From: Caldisericia bacterium
GTDB lineage: Bacteria > Caldisericota > Caldisericia > JAAYUI01
Length of the DNA: 64,000 nucleotides
Assembly (NCBI GenBank): GCA_963674785.1
Contig: OY771555.1
Coordinates: forward strand, 2,048,001 to 2,112,000
Reading direction: 5' to 3'
Below the pieces are notes generated by a model, which did no database searches, had not been told where the DNA came from, and saw only the letters and a program-made list of their open reading frames with translations. The translations under genes were made by a program, and so were the position numbers. Shown here one piece after another: positions 10,401-19,518 of the stretch (position 1 is its first letter; the number at the start of each line of letters is the position of its first letter).

Positions 10401-10961
10401 TCCACCACCTGATGGAAGTGTTGATTCACCAGGCTTTACCAGAAAGCTACTTTCAGTCTCGGAACCTGGGAAGATTTCATGCATTCGATAGATATTAAGT
10501 CTCCACAGAGTAAAGGGTTCTGATGCAGATTCTCTTCTCTTAATTCTTACCCTCATGGGATTTTCAGGTTGGATATCAATTGCAATCTGTCTTTTCATTC
10601 GACCAGATAAATTGCCATCAAGCTGACCTGAAGAATATACAGATGTGAATTCAGCACCACCCATTGAAACATCAATTATGTATGGACCAGCTGCATCAAG
10701 CTCAAGTACAACCGGCATATTTTCAAATATTTGAAATTCGTACTCAACGAAATCATTCGATCGTCTTGTTCCATCTTTTACCCAGGTATCAGAGGCCGCT
10801 GAAAGATATAATCTTTCAAGGTTTGTATCAGGAACTATAACCATCCCGGTTGAAATACTTGGAACTATTTTTTTGACAGAACTATCTTTTGAATAAATAA
10901 AACTTGTCGGGACAACAAAAATAAACGCAAGCAATAAAATAAATACTTTTTTATTCATCAT
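7404..10961 (-). CDS. Large secreted protein with DxDxDG Ca-binding repeats, CARDB-like domain and C-terminal copper-amine-oxidase-like stalk domain
   Basis: Likely start MMNKKVFILLLAF (signal peptide) overlapping the pgk stop. DNDEDGIP/DTDNDGLND/DTDSDGYYDG repeats; DLAVINLSIQPSSP...DEVNVTNN; LDSPPIISNGRTMVPFRFLAETLGATVEW and GRTLVPLRVISENLGAEVAW. Confidence 0.85.
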   Translation of the reverse strand: MMNKKVFILLLAFIFVVPTSFIYSKDSSVKKIVPSISTGMVIVPDTNLERLYLSAASDTWVKDGTRRSNDFVEYEFQIFENMPVVLELDAAGPYIIDVSMGGAEFTSVYSSGQLDGNLSGRMKRQIAIDIQPENPMRVRIKRRESASEPFTLWRLNIYRMHEIFPGSETESSFLVKPGESTLPSGGGRLIPASTEISYSVSHATDTWVSFFVEVDKPITAKIDDTELALNEYDGKYWISKKIVEGDNVFSVSTTEETKLRSFTMFYDFAPVDTKSDLGSAFVEGETGEYGVVLSDEPVRVFVPGDHGYFCCISTNPESLEVYGLEKKLVDGITFFDISDSTGFLNITGEGELLCFTFDDDNDEDGIPTCLELATGTDPYLFRTDNDDLNDGVDDRPLDTDNDGLNDNVESFLMLSTKYADTDSDGYYDGLGLEGFERNNFCARVTDSPWIGAEYIDSENREIITECQRFGKTSMVIPFHDVLVGFKPSDVIVDIFDAVGDCDGFLLDTCAISTEDFDNHPELVDEYQIWGKRLWTNLESDDGLAFTLHNFVSDRIKKTLAISRAYTDRLEMELAVSIPSPSEFSEWIVPYDGFANMDRIIVTPPSFAGDNQMYMAGVFDAIFIGKPIYVQIIDEEKTRAYISGVRDAGYFLGTSVSDKRTFVVEKDLEKTSCTFVQVVNESTVWSKRIDKINVNQNWQMSFASKDFHLLPTRFDGLGGSNLAILDMGTTFVSQDDMEFLEDWVESGGNLLIYENDTRFKDYMWWNNNTSLGEIISKDLGVINIETEKALNAGDGYIFITKNDPMFSLDIFKVEAGFEIPMLPSSYEQITESVLEIDFSKSVFKTPGEYPKKQYPIHVKPDMSKTPKLIFSTCAIPWVDEWNKGIRIISQAPKGLCTSFVIAISGKPKSVTSTTSTKWVYQNGLLTVSFVSSGSDGFVISTSEGIDLAVINLSIQPSSPEENSICTILSTVYNPTGIPSGEYTVYYYWDELKRESLFKTIVNQSISPSGYEYINFSAPVYLAPGKHKLYVHITISDEVNVTNNTKMLEFEVTKIPTYKTITLRIDSKDAFVNGVLSTLDSPPIISNGRTMVPFRFLAETLGATVEWNDYEKRVSFIKGDKLMYLWIGKKSAIINSQMVELDAAPIIRNGRTLVPLRVISENLGAEVAWDGQTRTVTIKMEITEDNP

Positions 10962-12156
10962 CCAACACGGCAATCCCTGGTAGAGTTTTCCCCTCAAGAA
11001 ATGCAAGTGAAGCACCTCCTCCTGTTGAAACATGTGTAAATTCGGATTTCAAGCCAAATTTGGACGCAGCCGATGCTGAGTCTCCTCCACCAATTATGCT
11101 CACCTTCACATTCTTGCTTACCGCATCCATAACAGTTTTAGTACCAACTGCAAATTCGTCTCGTTCAAAAACACCAAGCGGCCCATTCCAAAGCACTGTC
11201 TCACAAGCCGAAAGTGCATCTGAAAAACGTTTTCTAGTTATCGGCCCAATATCCATCCCCTGATAACCATCAGGAATGTCAACAATTTCAACCAAATCCC
11301 TCATGTAACCCTCAACAACTCTAATATCGGAGGGATTTTTAAACTCATCTGCACACACGTAGTCAAATGGAATTAAAACATTTTTTCCTCGGAGTCTTGC
11401 ATCTTCAAGGAATTCCCGACAGCTTTCAAGGTATTCGGTTTGAACCAATGAGTCACCAATCTTGTGACCAAGTGCATGGTGGAACGTGTAAGACATCCCT
11501 CCACCAATCGCGATAACATCGGCGCATTCGACAAGATTATAAATTGCATTCATCTTATCAGAGACCTTCGCGCCACCGAAAACAATTCCAAAAGGTCTCT
11601 CTGGGTTTTTTAAAATTGATCCAAGATGTCTTAATTCAGATAAAAGAAGAAATCCAGCAACAGCAGGTTTCAGTATTGCAGGAACTCCAAAATTGCTTGC
11701 GTGTGCTCGATGTGCTGTTCCAAAGGCATCAGAAACATATATCTCAGCAAGCTCTGAAATCTGATATGCAAACCAATAATCATTCTCGGTTTCTTCTTTA
11801 TGAAAACGAAGGTTTTCAAGCATCATCACTTGTCCTGGTTTCAGGTTTTCTGATGCGGTCTTCGCATCCTGTCCCACACAATCATCCACCATCATGACAT
11901 CTCGATTAAGAGTTTTTGCTAAATAATCAGCAACCGGTTTCAGACTCAGACTCTTATCAAACTTCCCTTTTGGTCTTCCAAGATGAGAACAGATGATTAA
12001 CTTTGCTTCCCTTTCTATAAGATTTCTAATTGTTGGGAGTGTGAGCTGGATCCTGGTATCATCAAGTATCTTGCCATCTTCAAGCGGAAAGTTAAAATCA
12101 GCTCTAAGCAGAACCCTTTTTTCTCTTACATCAATTTGTTCAATAGATTTTTTCAT
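10951..12156 (-). CDS. pgk: Phosphoglycerate kinase
   Basis: RADFNFP, SHLGRPKG, LENLRF, DAFGTAHRAHAS, GGAKVSDK, WNGPLGVFE, HVSTGGGASL. Confidence 0.98.
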   Translation of the reverse strand: MKKSIEQIDVREKRVLLRADFNFPLEDGKILDDTRIQLTLPTIRNLIEREAKLIICSHLGRPKGKFDKSLSLKPVADYLAKTLNRDVMMVDDCVGQDAKTASENLKPGQVMMLENLRFHKEETENDYWFAYQISELAEIYVSDAFGTAHRAHASNFGVPAILKPAVAGFLLLSELRHLGSILKNPERPFGIVFGGAKVSDKMNAIYNLVECADVIAIGGGMSYTFHHALGHKIGDSLVQTEYLESCREFLEDARLRGKNVLIPFDYVCADEFKNPSDIRVVEGYMRDLVEIVDIPDGYQGMDIGPITRKRFSDALSACETVLWNGPLGVFERDEFAVGTKTVMDAVSKNVKVSIIGGGDSASAASKFGLKSEFTHVSTGGGASLAFLEGKTLPGIAVLDDE

Positions 12157-12159
12157 ATT

Positions 12160-13167
12160 TTAGATTGATTTGGCAATCATATTTACAACTTCAGCCGATC
12201 TAACCGAATAACCCCATTCATTATCATACCAGATACAAATCTTGAGCATGTGAGAACCGAGCACCTGTGTTGAAAGCGCATCAACAGTTCCAGAGTATGG
12301 GGAGCCTAAATAATCACTGGAAACAAGGGGTTCCTCTGAATAACCAACGATACCGGAAAGCTCAAATTTTGAAGCCCTTTCAAGTTCAGCATTAATCTGC
12401 TCCACACCGATATCCTCTTTCAATCTGCAAACAAAATCTGTAAGACTTACGGTTGAAGTTGGAACTCGAACAGAAATACCAGTGAGTTTTCCTGCAAGCT
12501 CAGGAATAACAATTCCAACAGAATTTGCAGCACCAGTTGATGTTGGAACAATATTTGTTGCAGCATTTCTGGCACGTCTCATATCTTTGTGGGGAGCATC
12601 AAGAAGTCTCTGGTCGCCGGTGTATGAGTGAATGGTTGTCATGAAACCATACTCAACCTCATATTTTTTATGAAGCACGTTAACAATCGGCGCAAGCGAA
12701 TTTGTTGTACAAGATGCATTGCTTATCACCTGATGTTTTTCAGGGTCATATGAATCATCATTTACGCCACGAACTATTGTTAAGTCGGGGTCTTTCATTG
12801 GGGCAGACACAAAAACTTTTTTTGCGCCATTTTTAATGTGAATACTTGCATCCACTCTTGACTTGAATCTTCCAGTTGACTCAACAACCACATCAATCTC
12901 ATTTTCTCTCCATGGAAGATTTGCAGGATCTGAGTACATCAAACACTTTGTTTTCTTGCCATCAACCGCAAAAGTATCAGAAGTAAGCATTTCTATCTGC
13001 TTATTGTATTTCCCATAGTTACTATCATATTTCAAGAGATGAACAAGCGTTTCAGGGTTAGTTATATCGTTTATTGCAACAATATTATGCTCGGGGAAAA
13101 ATGCTGAAATTGTCTTAAAAACCTGTCTTCCAATTCTTCCGAAACCGTTAATCGCGATATTTGCCAT
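12160..13167 (-). CDS. gap: Type I glyceraldehyde-3-phosphate dehydrogenase
   Basis: INGFGRIGR, SNASCTTNSLAP, PTSTGAA, WYDNEWGYS; GGAGG RBS at 13175-13179. Confidence 0.98.
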   Translation of the reverse strand: MANIAINGFGRIGRQVFKTISAFFPEHNIVAINDITNPETLVHLLKYDSNYGKYNKQIEMLTSDTFAVDGKKTKCLMYSDPANLPWRENEIDVVVESTGRFKSRVDASIHIKNGAKKVFVSAPMKDPDLTIVRGVNDDSYDPEKHQVISNASCTTNSLAPIVNVLHKKYEVEYGFMTTIHSYTGDQRLLDAPHKDMRRARNAATNIVPTSTGAANSVGIVIPELAGKLTGISVRVPTSTVSLTDFVCRLKEDIGVEQINAELERASKFELSGIVGYSEEPLVSSDYLGSPYSGTVDALSTQVLGSHMLKICIWYDNEWGYSVRSAEVVNMIAKSI

Positions 13168-13301
13168 ACTCACACCTCCAGCGGGTACTAGTATTTCAAA
13201 CCCGGACTAGATACTAACAAATTAGTCAAAAATCTCAAGTTACTGAGTTTCACATATCAGCTACAAATTGAGATTTATTCTACAGTATTTAGCATTTAGG
13301 T

Positions 13302-16300
13302 TTATTCAAAGCTTGAAAATGAGTAATCCTCGAGACCAAAATTGAGAGCAGGGATTGGTGTACCAATTTGTGCAGTTACCACAGTTGCATGAATATATTT
13401 TTCTTTAGTATTGGTATATCCAACAACATCGTAGTTTTGATTCACAACAAAATCTTCGCAATTGTACTTCGATGTAAAAAACAGCTTATATGTTTTTCTG
13501 TAATAGGCTACTTCAAGATATGGAACTCCACCTATAACCAGGCACTTCTTATCGGTCACCTTTACTGTAAACTCATTTTCAGCAGGACACCTTGCTTTTG
13601 TAAGCTTGCTCGGGGTAATTGTTGGCGCAACACCAAGAATTCCCTTTGGGACACTCACAGTTCCTGTTGCCGTAATACACTCACCAATTTTGTAGTTGCT
13701 TATACTAAATGGTTTAACAACCTCAATATTGTATGTTGTTGTTTTTTCCAACCCTGTGATTATTCCAGTTTTTGCATTGACACTCGTAATAAATAGAGTA
13801 TGGGTTTCTTCCTCTTTTGGGCAATCTACTTTTTCAATTGTATCTGCTTCAAGATATCCTGACTGAATTCGACCGTAGAACCTTATACAATCACCTTTTT
13901 CTAAAGATGAGCAATTAAAAGAACTTGGATAGAACAAAACATATTCTGAGCTTTCATAATTAACCTTCATAAACCAAAGGTCACAATCAGTGGATGAAAC
14001 AACAGCGTCATATGGACCAGAGCTTACGCATTTTCTTAGTGAGACTCTCTTTGCAATAATATAAGACTCACCTGATGTACCAATTTCTGATCTTTGAGAG
14101 GATTTCATTACTCCTTCAACTGTGATACAGGCTCCGACCTTGAAGGTTTCACATTTCAGATTTTCTGGAAGATACACCTTATAAAAAAGCATACCATCTC
14201 TTGCCAAATAATATGGTTCCTTTGTGTCCCTACAATATGTTCCGAAGATAACCATATCCCAAGTTTCGACATTTTCTGGGCATGCAATTTTTTCAATTTT
14301 CAAAGCGGTGATAATTTGATATTTTTCATCGTAAACACCAGTGATTTCCACACAATCACCAACAACAAAACTTTCACATTTGATGTCTTCTGGAACACCA
14401 ACCATAAATGTTGTCCCATCAATTTCGCAATATAAAAGGTCTTCTACGCAATAGGTTCTTGAAACAACCCCTTCCCAGGTCTGACCTTCCAGTTCTGGTT
14501 CAGGCTCAGGTTCGGGTTCTTCCTCCACAATACATAATTCAATCGGAAGATAATCACCCCAAACAACAAGTGGATACCACTCCATATCAACCATTGTATC
14601 AGTTATTGTTATTGGCTGAGTGCACACCCTTACACATCTGCCAAGTTCAAAATTGATGTATTTTGGAATCCTGAAATAGTCAGGATAATAGAAGTCTTCA
14701 CCTCTATCCTTGCTGTGTTCAAGTTTCATTCGACCAGAATCGTGATCAATCTCTTCCACAATCCCCTTGTAGACCAATCCACCACATTCTCCGATGCACT
14801 CGCTTTGACTGATGAGTTTCATCGAAGTCACAAACAGTATGTTATCAAATGGATTAACTTCGCCGCAAAGTTCAACACAGATTGGATATATCAGTTTTGG
14901 GATTCTATGTAAATATCCTTCAAAAACAGAGTGGCTTTCAAACAAGATTTTCCTTATCAATCCATCTTGCAATATGTATCCAACCTTTTCATCAATGTTA
15001 AGGTGAATAAGTGAGGCTTTTACAGACTCAACCTTGCATGCTTCGCACTCTTCTTCAGAGAGAATGGTCAACTTATCGCAAATGAAAAGCTGTCTCTTTT
15101 TTACGTATGTTCCAATAATCTTGATGCAGTCTCCGACGTTGAGTTTTTCTGATACATCATCTGGGAAATGAATCTCATATTTCCCACCTCTATAATCTAC
15201 AACTCCTGTTTGGTCATCATTAATTTCATAAGTAACACAAACCCAGATGTCGGTTTTGTTTTCACACTCTTCATCAGGTAAAACCCTTATCCAATTTGCA
15301 TTAATAACGATTGGAGTGCTGGATGTTACACCTGTGTTTTCCTGGGAGAATTTTCCACAAATCTCAATACATGTGCCAGATTTATATGCAATTTCGTTTT
15401 CTACACCTAAAACTTCATACCTATTTCCATCGACCCAAACCATGAGTTCACCAAAATCTTCAGCAACAACAGCATGAATCAGGTCATCTTCACAGGTTTT
15501 TTCGGTTTCACACGGAACAACCTCAAACCAACTTGAAGAGAACATTTTTTCATCATCAAGGAGCTCTGTAATACAGATTCTCAAACATAATTCAGGTTTA
15601 AGATCGGTTATCTCGAGGTTTGTTTTAACATCAATCACTTTCCCAGAAACATCGATTACAAGCTTCATCTGCTCTGGGTCAAGATCAACAATCTCTCCCT
15701 CTACCACCTGTCCTTCACATTGATTGGAACAGAGCATTCTTGGGAGCTTTCTTATCCAGGTCGTTACAAAGATTTGGTTTTCAAGTTGCCACTGCCCACA
15801 GGCGACGACACAATCACCAATCTTAAATCTCTTGCAAAGGTTTGGAGCAACTTTCAAAGCCCAGAGAGAAACTCCTTTTTGAAGAGTTATGATTCCTCTC
15901 TCAGCATCAACATCATAAATACTTCCTCTCCACAAATTGCCATCTGAACAATAATAACCACACATATCCTCAGGCATGAATGAAAAGTCTTCGATCTTTA
16001 GATACCCTGATTTCGGGTCAAATCTTACACACAGCTCAACACAATCATCCTCATCAAAGGGAATCCAACCGGGGACTGAAGGTAATTCATAATACATCGG
16101 CTCACTATAACCATAGAGCATTATCAAAGCACCATTCAGGTCATCTTTGCTTTCAACCGCAATGATCTTGCCGAAGAACCTTCTGCCCGAAACACATTTG
16201 TCGTCGTCACAGATTTTTTCTTGTATTTCTCGATAATCCAGAATCACATCTGACCCTTCATCATCAGTGTCAATGCAAAGTCTCAAGCACATTCCTGCTG

Positions 16301-19300
16301 AGACAGATTCAAAAATATCTGGTTTTACAGATATCTGTTTAATCTCTCCATCCAATCTGTATATCAGTGTCATGTTTTCTGGATTCTTCTTGATGATTTT
16401 GACATCAACCATTCTGCCTCCGCAGGTGAATCCAACAGTGCAGTTTATCAACATGAAATTCTGTCCATGATATCTACCATTTTCATCAGTATACACACAG
16501 ATTTCATAACAATTTCCAGCTTTCATCTCACAGAAATCAGTTCGATTAAAATGTATCTTAAGAGGCATTGGAGTTCGAGCTTCAACAGTCAATACCTCCA
16601 TCCCCTCAATATAACCCTCATCACAATAAACATTTTGGATATTGATTTTTATATTTCTATCACATTCAGGTTCAACCTCAGGACACTTCTCGTCTTCAAG
16701 CTTTTCCATCGACAACACAACTGGTGGAATACCCGGAATAACCTTCAAGCAAGCTGAAACACAGTCTCCAATCTTAAACCCATTACAAACAGAAACATCC
16801 TTTGAAATATATGTTTCTTCTACGCCATCGACATCGATTATTATTTTGTCATCTTCTCTACAACCAAGATAAACGATTCTTCCGATAACATCTTCATCAC
16901 ATGTTTCTTCTGCTGGAGGCTCTTCGATACCACAGAGCTCAGGGTCAATTTTTTCCCACCAGATAAGCTCAAAATCTGTAAAACCAACAATCCTCCCACA
17001 AACCTTTGCACATGAATCATTTTCCAATTCGGAACACTTTATGATTGATTCATCAATTGGAAGCTCCATCTCCATGCCCTTAATCATCGAGTGTCCGTCA
17101 ATAATCTTGATTTTCATTGAGTTATTATCGCAATCCACTTCTTTGATGTGGACGATTAACTCGACACCATCACATCCCTGCTCTTCTGTAATCCCACACT
17201 CATCTGGTTCAAGCTCAGCAAACCAGGATAATGATGCTGACCCTGAAAGCTCAAACTTGATACAGGCTTCGATGCACATGTTTTCCTCAAGCTTTTTTGC
17301 CTGTGTTTCAGAGATTGAGAAACTGTATTTTCTTTCGCTTCCATAGAGTTGAATTGTTGCATCAAAACTTGTGACTTTTTTCAATACCCCAAAAACCTGA
17401 AGTCCATCGCAGGAGATTGGGCAATCGATCTTTTTTGCCGATGTGACTGAAAGATTATTTGCTTCGGTTACCACACAAAGTTCATAACATTGACCAATCT
17501 TGAGGTTACAAAGGTTTCTCTGCCCAATCTCAATTTCATATGATTTGCCTAGTCCCAAATCAAAAATAAGCATCTTTGAACAATCAGAAAGGATGCGTTC
17601 AATTCTGGCTTCAATTATCCTTCCATCACAAATCCTGCTACAATCAGATTTCTTAACGCTCAATGCCACCCATTTGTAACTAACATTGGTCGCAATCTCT
17701 GAGTTTATAACCTTGTATGCACAAACTTCAGCACAATTCATTTCATTTAGGCTTTTATCGATCGGAAGTCCTGAAATATCAAATTCGATATAAGTATCAC
17801 CATGCGAGAGTTTCAATATCCCAGCAACCTCAGAGAGAGATAAAACCTTCCCGACAAATTTTTCTCCATTACAGGAATCATCGCTACATGGTTTTGCTAC
17901 AACAATTTTTGCAGAAATCTTATCGGTCGAAATCCTATCTCCGCAAATCCTAACGCACCATGTATCGCTCATCTCCATACAATTGATATTTTTAGGCAGA
18001 GTAACAGTCACAAGATCACCACCATCAAGTTCAACCTTTAAACTGTTACCTATACAATCAATTTCGATAATCTTTCCTGAAAACCAATCTCCATCACATT
18101 CAAACTCATCAGTTTCGCCAGGGCAATCCATAGTTTCGATGTTTTCAGGAACAATGTACAAACCATTATTTGATTCAATTTGTTTACCAGAAACCCTAAA
18201 ACAATCACCTATTTGAAGTCTTCCACAGAACGAAACCAGATTTTTATTGTCGGTAGGCAAAAGTACCATCTGGGAGTCTCCATCAAAATCAGTGAAATGT
18301 ATTTCACCTTTAGCACAATCTAACTCAGTTACTTTTCCTTCCCAGTTTTTGATACCATCATAAGGACATTCAATTATTTCAGCAGTTGAAACATAAAGAT
18401 AACCCGGATAGTCCTCATGATCATTTCTTCCGGTAACCTTGAGACAATCACCAACAAATGGCTTAAAACCATCAGCAAGACTATTCATATTTGCAAGAAG
18501 GTATGACTCCCCGGTAAACGCCTTTAAGTGACCAAGTCCAGTTGAGTCAGAATATCTAACAAGAAGCCCCTCAACGGTTTCTTCACATCTATCAGGAAAC
18601 GATAAAACTGCCTGTTTTGTTGCTGCATACCACTTGACTTCACCCTCCCCAAATGATTCAACTGGGAATCTGAGCGGGATATGTGTTCGACCATTTTTTA
18701 TAAAAGGTACAACCCTTGGATTATTTGGGTCAATTGGAGACTCAACTCCATTTACCTTGGCAACCGATTTGCCAATCCACATTTCGATGGTTTTACCTTT
18801 ATAGACAACGGTTACTTTGCGTTCTATTCCATCCCACAACACCTCAGCTCCAACAGCTTCAGCAACATATCTGATAAGAAGGAAAGCACGGTTATTGTCA
18901 ATGATACACGGTGTTGACATCATTTTTTTGACACCATTTACCATGTATTCTGCAGAATCAATTGTAAATGTGAGAACCAGTTTACATGGTTCAATTAGGG
19001 TTGGTAAATCCTCTAAAACAGAGACACATACCTCGTTTGATTTTAAAAATGAAGAAGCATCATCATCTAGGGCAACGGCATAATAACAATAGTTTCTACC
19101 ATTTTCGACGTTCTTGTCAAAATAAACATTACCCAGAATGCCAAAATCTGTCAGTGGCATCAAATACTGTCCACCTGATGTTTCTCCCCTATACAGATAA
19201 TAACCCTGCTTTGCGTTGGGAACCTCATCCCACCAGAGTTTTACAACACCATCTCCTGCTGTTGCGTAAAGATTAAAACCTTCATCAGCAAAAACCATAT

Positions 19301-19379
19301 CTGTATTTCCAATTGAAAAAGCCGAAAACGACGAGACAATAAGAATAATAGAAATGACCATTGATAATAGTTTCTTCAT
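13302..19379 (-). CDS. Giant secreted protein: signal peptide, FN3, copper-amine-oxidase-like stalk domain, ~22 Cys-rich OB-fold-like repeats
   Basis: ATG 19379 with GGAGG RBS; MKKLLSMVISIILIVSS signal. FN3 pattern (VKLWWD...GYYLYRG...YFDKNVENGRNYCYYAVA). Stalk motifs IRYVAEAVGAEVLWDG and GRTHIPLRF, then the repeat array. Confidence 0.9.
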   Translation of the reverse strand: MKKLLSMVISIILIVSSFSAFSIGNTDMVFADEGFNLYATAGDGVVKLWWDEVPNAKQGYYLYRGETSGGQYLMPLTDFGILGNVYFDKNVENGRNYCYYAVALDDDASSFLKSNEVCVSVLEDLPTLIEPCKLVLTFTIDSAEYMVNGVKKMMSTPCIIDNNRAFLLIRYVAEAVGAEVLWDGIERKVTVVYKGKTIEMWIGKSVAKVNGVESPIDPNNPRVVPFIKNGRTHIPLRFPVESFGEGEVKWYAATKQAVLSFPDRCEETVEGLLVRYSDSTGLGHLKAFTGESYLLANMNSLADGFKPFVGDCLKVTGRNDHEDYPGYLYVSTAEIIECPYDGIKNWEGKVTELDCAKGEIHFTDFDGDSQMVLLPTDNKNLVSFCGRLQIGDCFRVSGKQIESNNGLYIVPENIETMDCPGETDEFECDGDWFSGKIIEIDCIGNSLKVELDGGDLVTVTLPKNINCMEMSDTWCVRICGDRISTDKISAKIVVAKPCSDDSCNGEKFVGKVLSLSEVAGILKLSHGDTYIEFDISGLPIDKSLNEMNCAEVCAYKVINSEIATNVSYKWVALSVKKSDCSRICDGRIIEARIERILSDCSKMLIFDLGLGKSYEIEIGQRNLCNLKIGQCYELCVVTEANNLSVTSAKKIDCPISCDGLQVFGVLKKVTSFDATIQLYGSERKYSFSISETQAKKLEENMCIEACIKFELSGSASLSWFAELEPDECGITEEQGCDGVELIVHIKEVDCDNNSMKIKIIDGHSMIKGMEMELPIDESIIKCSELENDSCAKVCGRIVGFTDFELIWWEKIDPELCGIEEPPAEETCDEDVIGRIVYLGCREDDKIIIDVDGVEETYISKDVSVCNGFKIGDCVSACLKVIPGIPPVVLSMEKLEDEKCPEVEPECDRNIKINIQNVYCDEGYIEGMEVLTVEARTPMPLKIHFNRTDFCEMKAGNCYEICVYTDENGRYHGQNFMLINCTVGFTCGGRMVDVKIIKKNPENMTLIYRLDGEIKQISVKPDIFESVSAGMCLRLCIDTDDEGSDVILDYREIQEKICDDDKCVSGRRFFGKIIAVESKDDLNGALIMLYGYSEPMYYELPSVPGWIPFDEDDCVELCVRFDPKSGYLKIEDFSFMPEDMCGYYCSDGNLWRGSIYDVDAERGIITLQKGVSLWALKVAPNLCKRFKIGDCVVACGQWQLENQIFVTTWIRKLPRMLCSNQCEGQVVEGEIVDLDPEQMKLVIDVSGKVIDVKTNLEITDLKPELCLRICITELLDDEKMFSSSWFEVVPCETEKTCEDDLIHAVVAEDFGELMVWVDGNRYEVLGVENEIAYKSGTCIEICGKFSQENTGVTSSTPIVINANWIRVLPDEECENKTDIWVCVTYEINDDQTGVVDYRGGKYEIHFPDDVSEKLNVGDCIKIIGTYVKKRQLFICDKLTILSEEECEACKVESVKASLIHLNIDEKVGYILQDGLIRKILFESHSVFEGYLHRIPKLIYPICVELCGEVNPFDNILFVTSMKLISQSECIGECGGLVYKGIVEEIDHDSGRMKLEHSKDRGEDFYYPDYFRIPKYINFELGRCVRVCTQPITITDTMVDMEWYPLVVWGDYLPIELCIVEEEPEPEPEPELEGQTWEGVVSRTYCVEDLLYCEIDGTTFMVGVPEDIKCESFVVGDCVEITGVYDEKYQIITALKIEKIACPENVETWDMVIFGTYCRDTKEPYYLARDGMLFYKVYLPENLKCETFKVGACITVEGVMKSSQRSEIGTSGESYIIAKRVSLRKCVSSGPYDAVVSSTDCDLWFMKVNYESSEYVLFYPSSFNCSSLEKGDCIRFYGRIQSGYLEADTIEKVDCPKEEETHTLFITSVNAKTGIITGLEKTTTYNIEVVKPFSISNYKIGECITATGTVSVPKGILGVAPTITPSKLTKARCPAENEFTVKVTDKKCLVIGGVPYLEVAYYRKTYKLFFTSKYNCEDFVVNQNYDVVGYTNTKEKYIHATVVTAQIGTPIPALNFGLEDYSFSSFE
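13363..18587 (-). repeat. About 22 tandem, highly diverged 70-90 aa protein repeats (approx. C-x-G..G-x-I-x-x-I-D-C...L-P...C..L-K-x-G-D-C-x-x-x-C/G...I-x-C)
   Basis: Manual alignment of the translation. Periodicity is clear at the protein level and not obvious in the DNA. Confidence 0.85.
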
Positions 19380-19415
19380 TTTTTGTTCCTCCAAAGCATC
19401 TAGTACTACACCCCG

Positions 19416-19442
19416 ATTATAACACAAATTTTCTGTTGTCTA
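19416..19442 (-). promoter_or_regulatory. Putative sigma-A promoter with extended -10 (TGTTATAAT) for the Cys-rich repeat gene
   Basis: Minus strand reads TAGACA-15 nt-TATAAT with a TG extension, just downstream of the terminator of the previous gene. Confidence 0.55.
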
Positions 19443-19468
19443 CTTGACAAATAATTCATATATCCCAC

Positions 19469-19501
19469 AAAAAAAGAGCCCAGAAAAACTGGGCTCTTTT
19501 T
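19469..19501 (-). terminator. Intrinsic terminator after the AIM24-family gene (symmetric, possibly bidirectional)
   Basis: AAAAAGAGCCCAG-AAAAA-CTGGGCTCTTTTT perfect inverted repeat with A/T tails. Confidence 0.88.
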
Positions 19502-19518
19502 GGTTAGCTATCTTTTAT

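Noticed and set aside
10962-11033. 5' extension of the 1209-aa ORF
   Set aside because: Overlaps the pgk coding end; the signal peptide begins at ATG 10961/10958.
12695-12725. GAPDH motif CTTNS instead of CTTNC
   Set aside because: The catalytic Cys is intact; substitution of the second Cys is a known natural variant.
13363-18587. Repeat array as a CRISPR-like locus, DGR target or recombinational cassette set
   Set aside because: No near-identical DNA repeats were seen, and there is no reverse transcriptase, cas or recombinase gene in the window.
13302-19379. Cys-rich protein as a multiheme cytochrome or Fe-S protein
   Set aside because: No CxxCH or ferredoxin motifs. Spacing is CxxxC and the Cys co-vary in pairs in a secreted protein.
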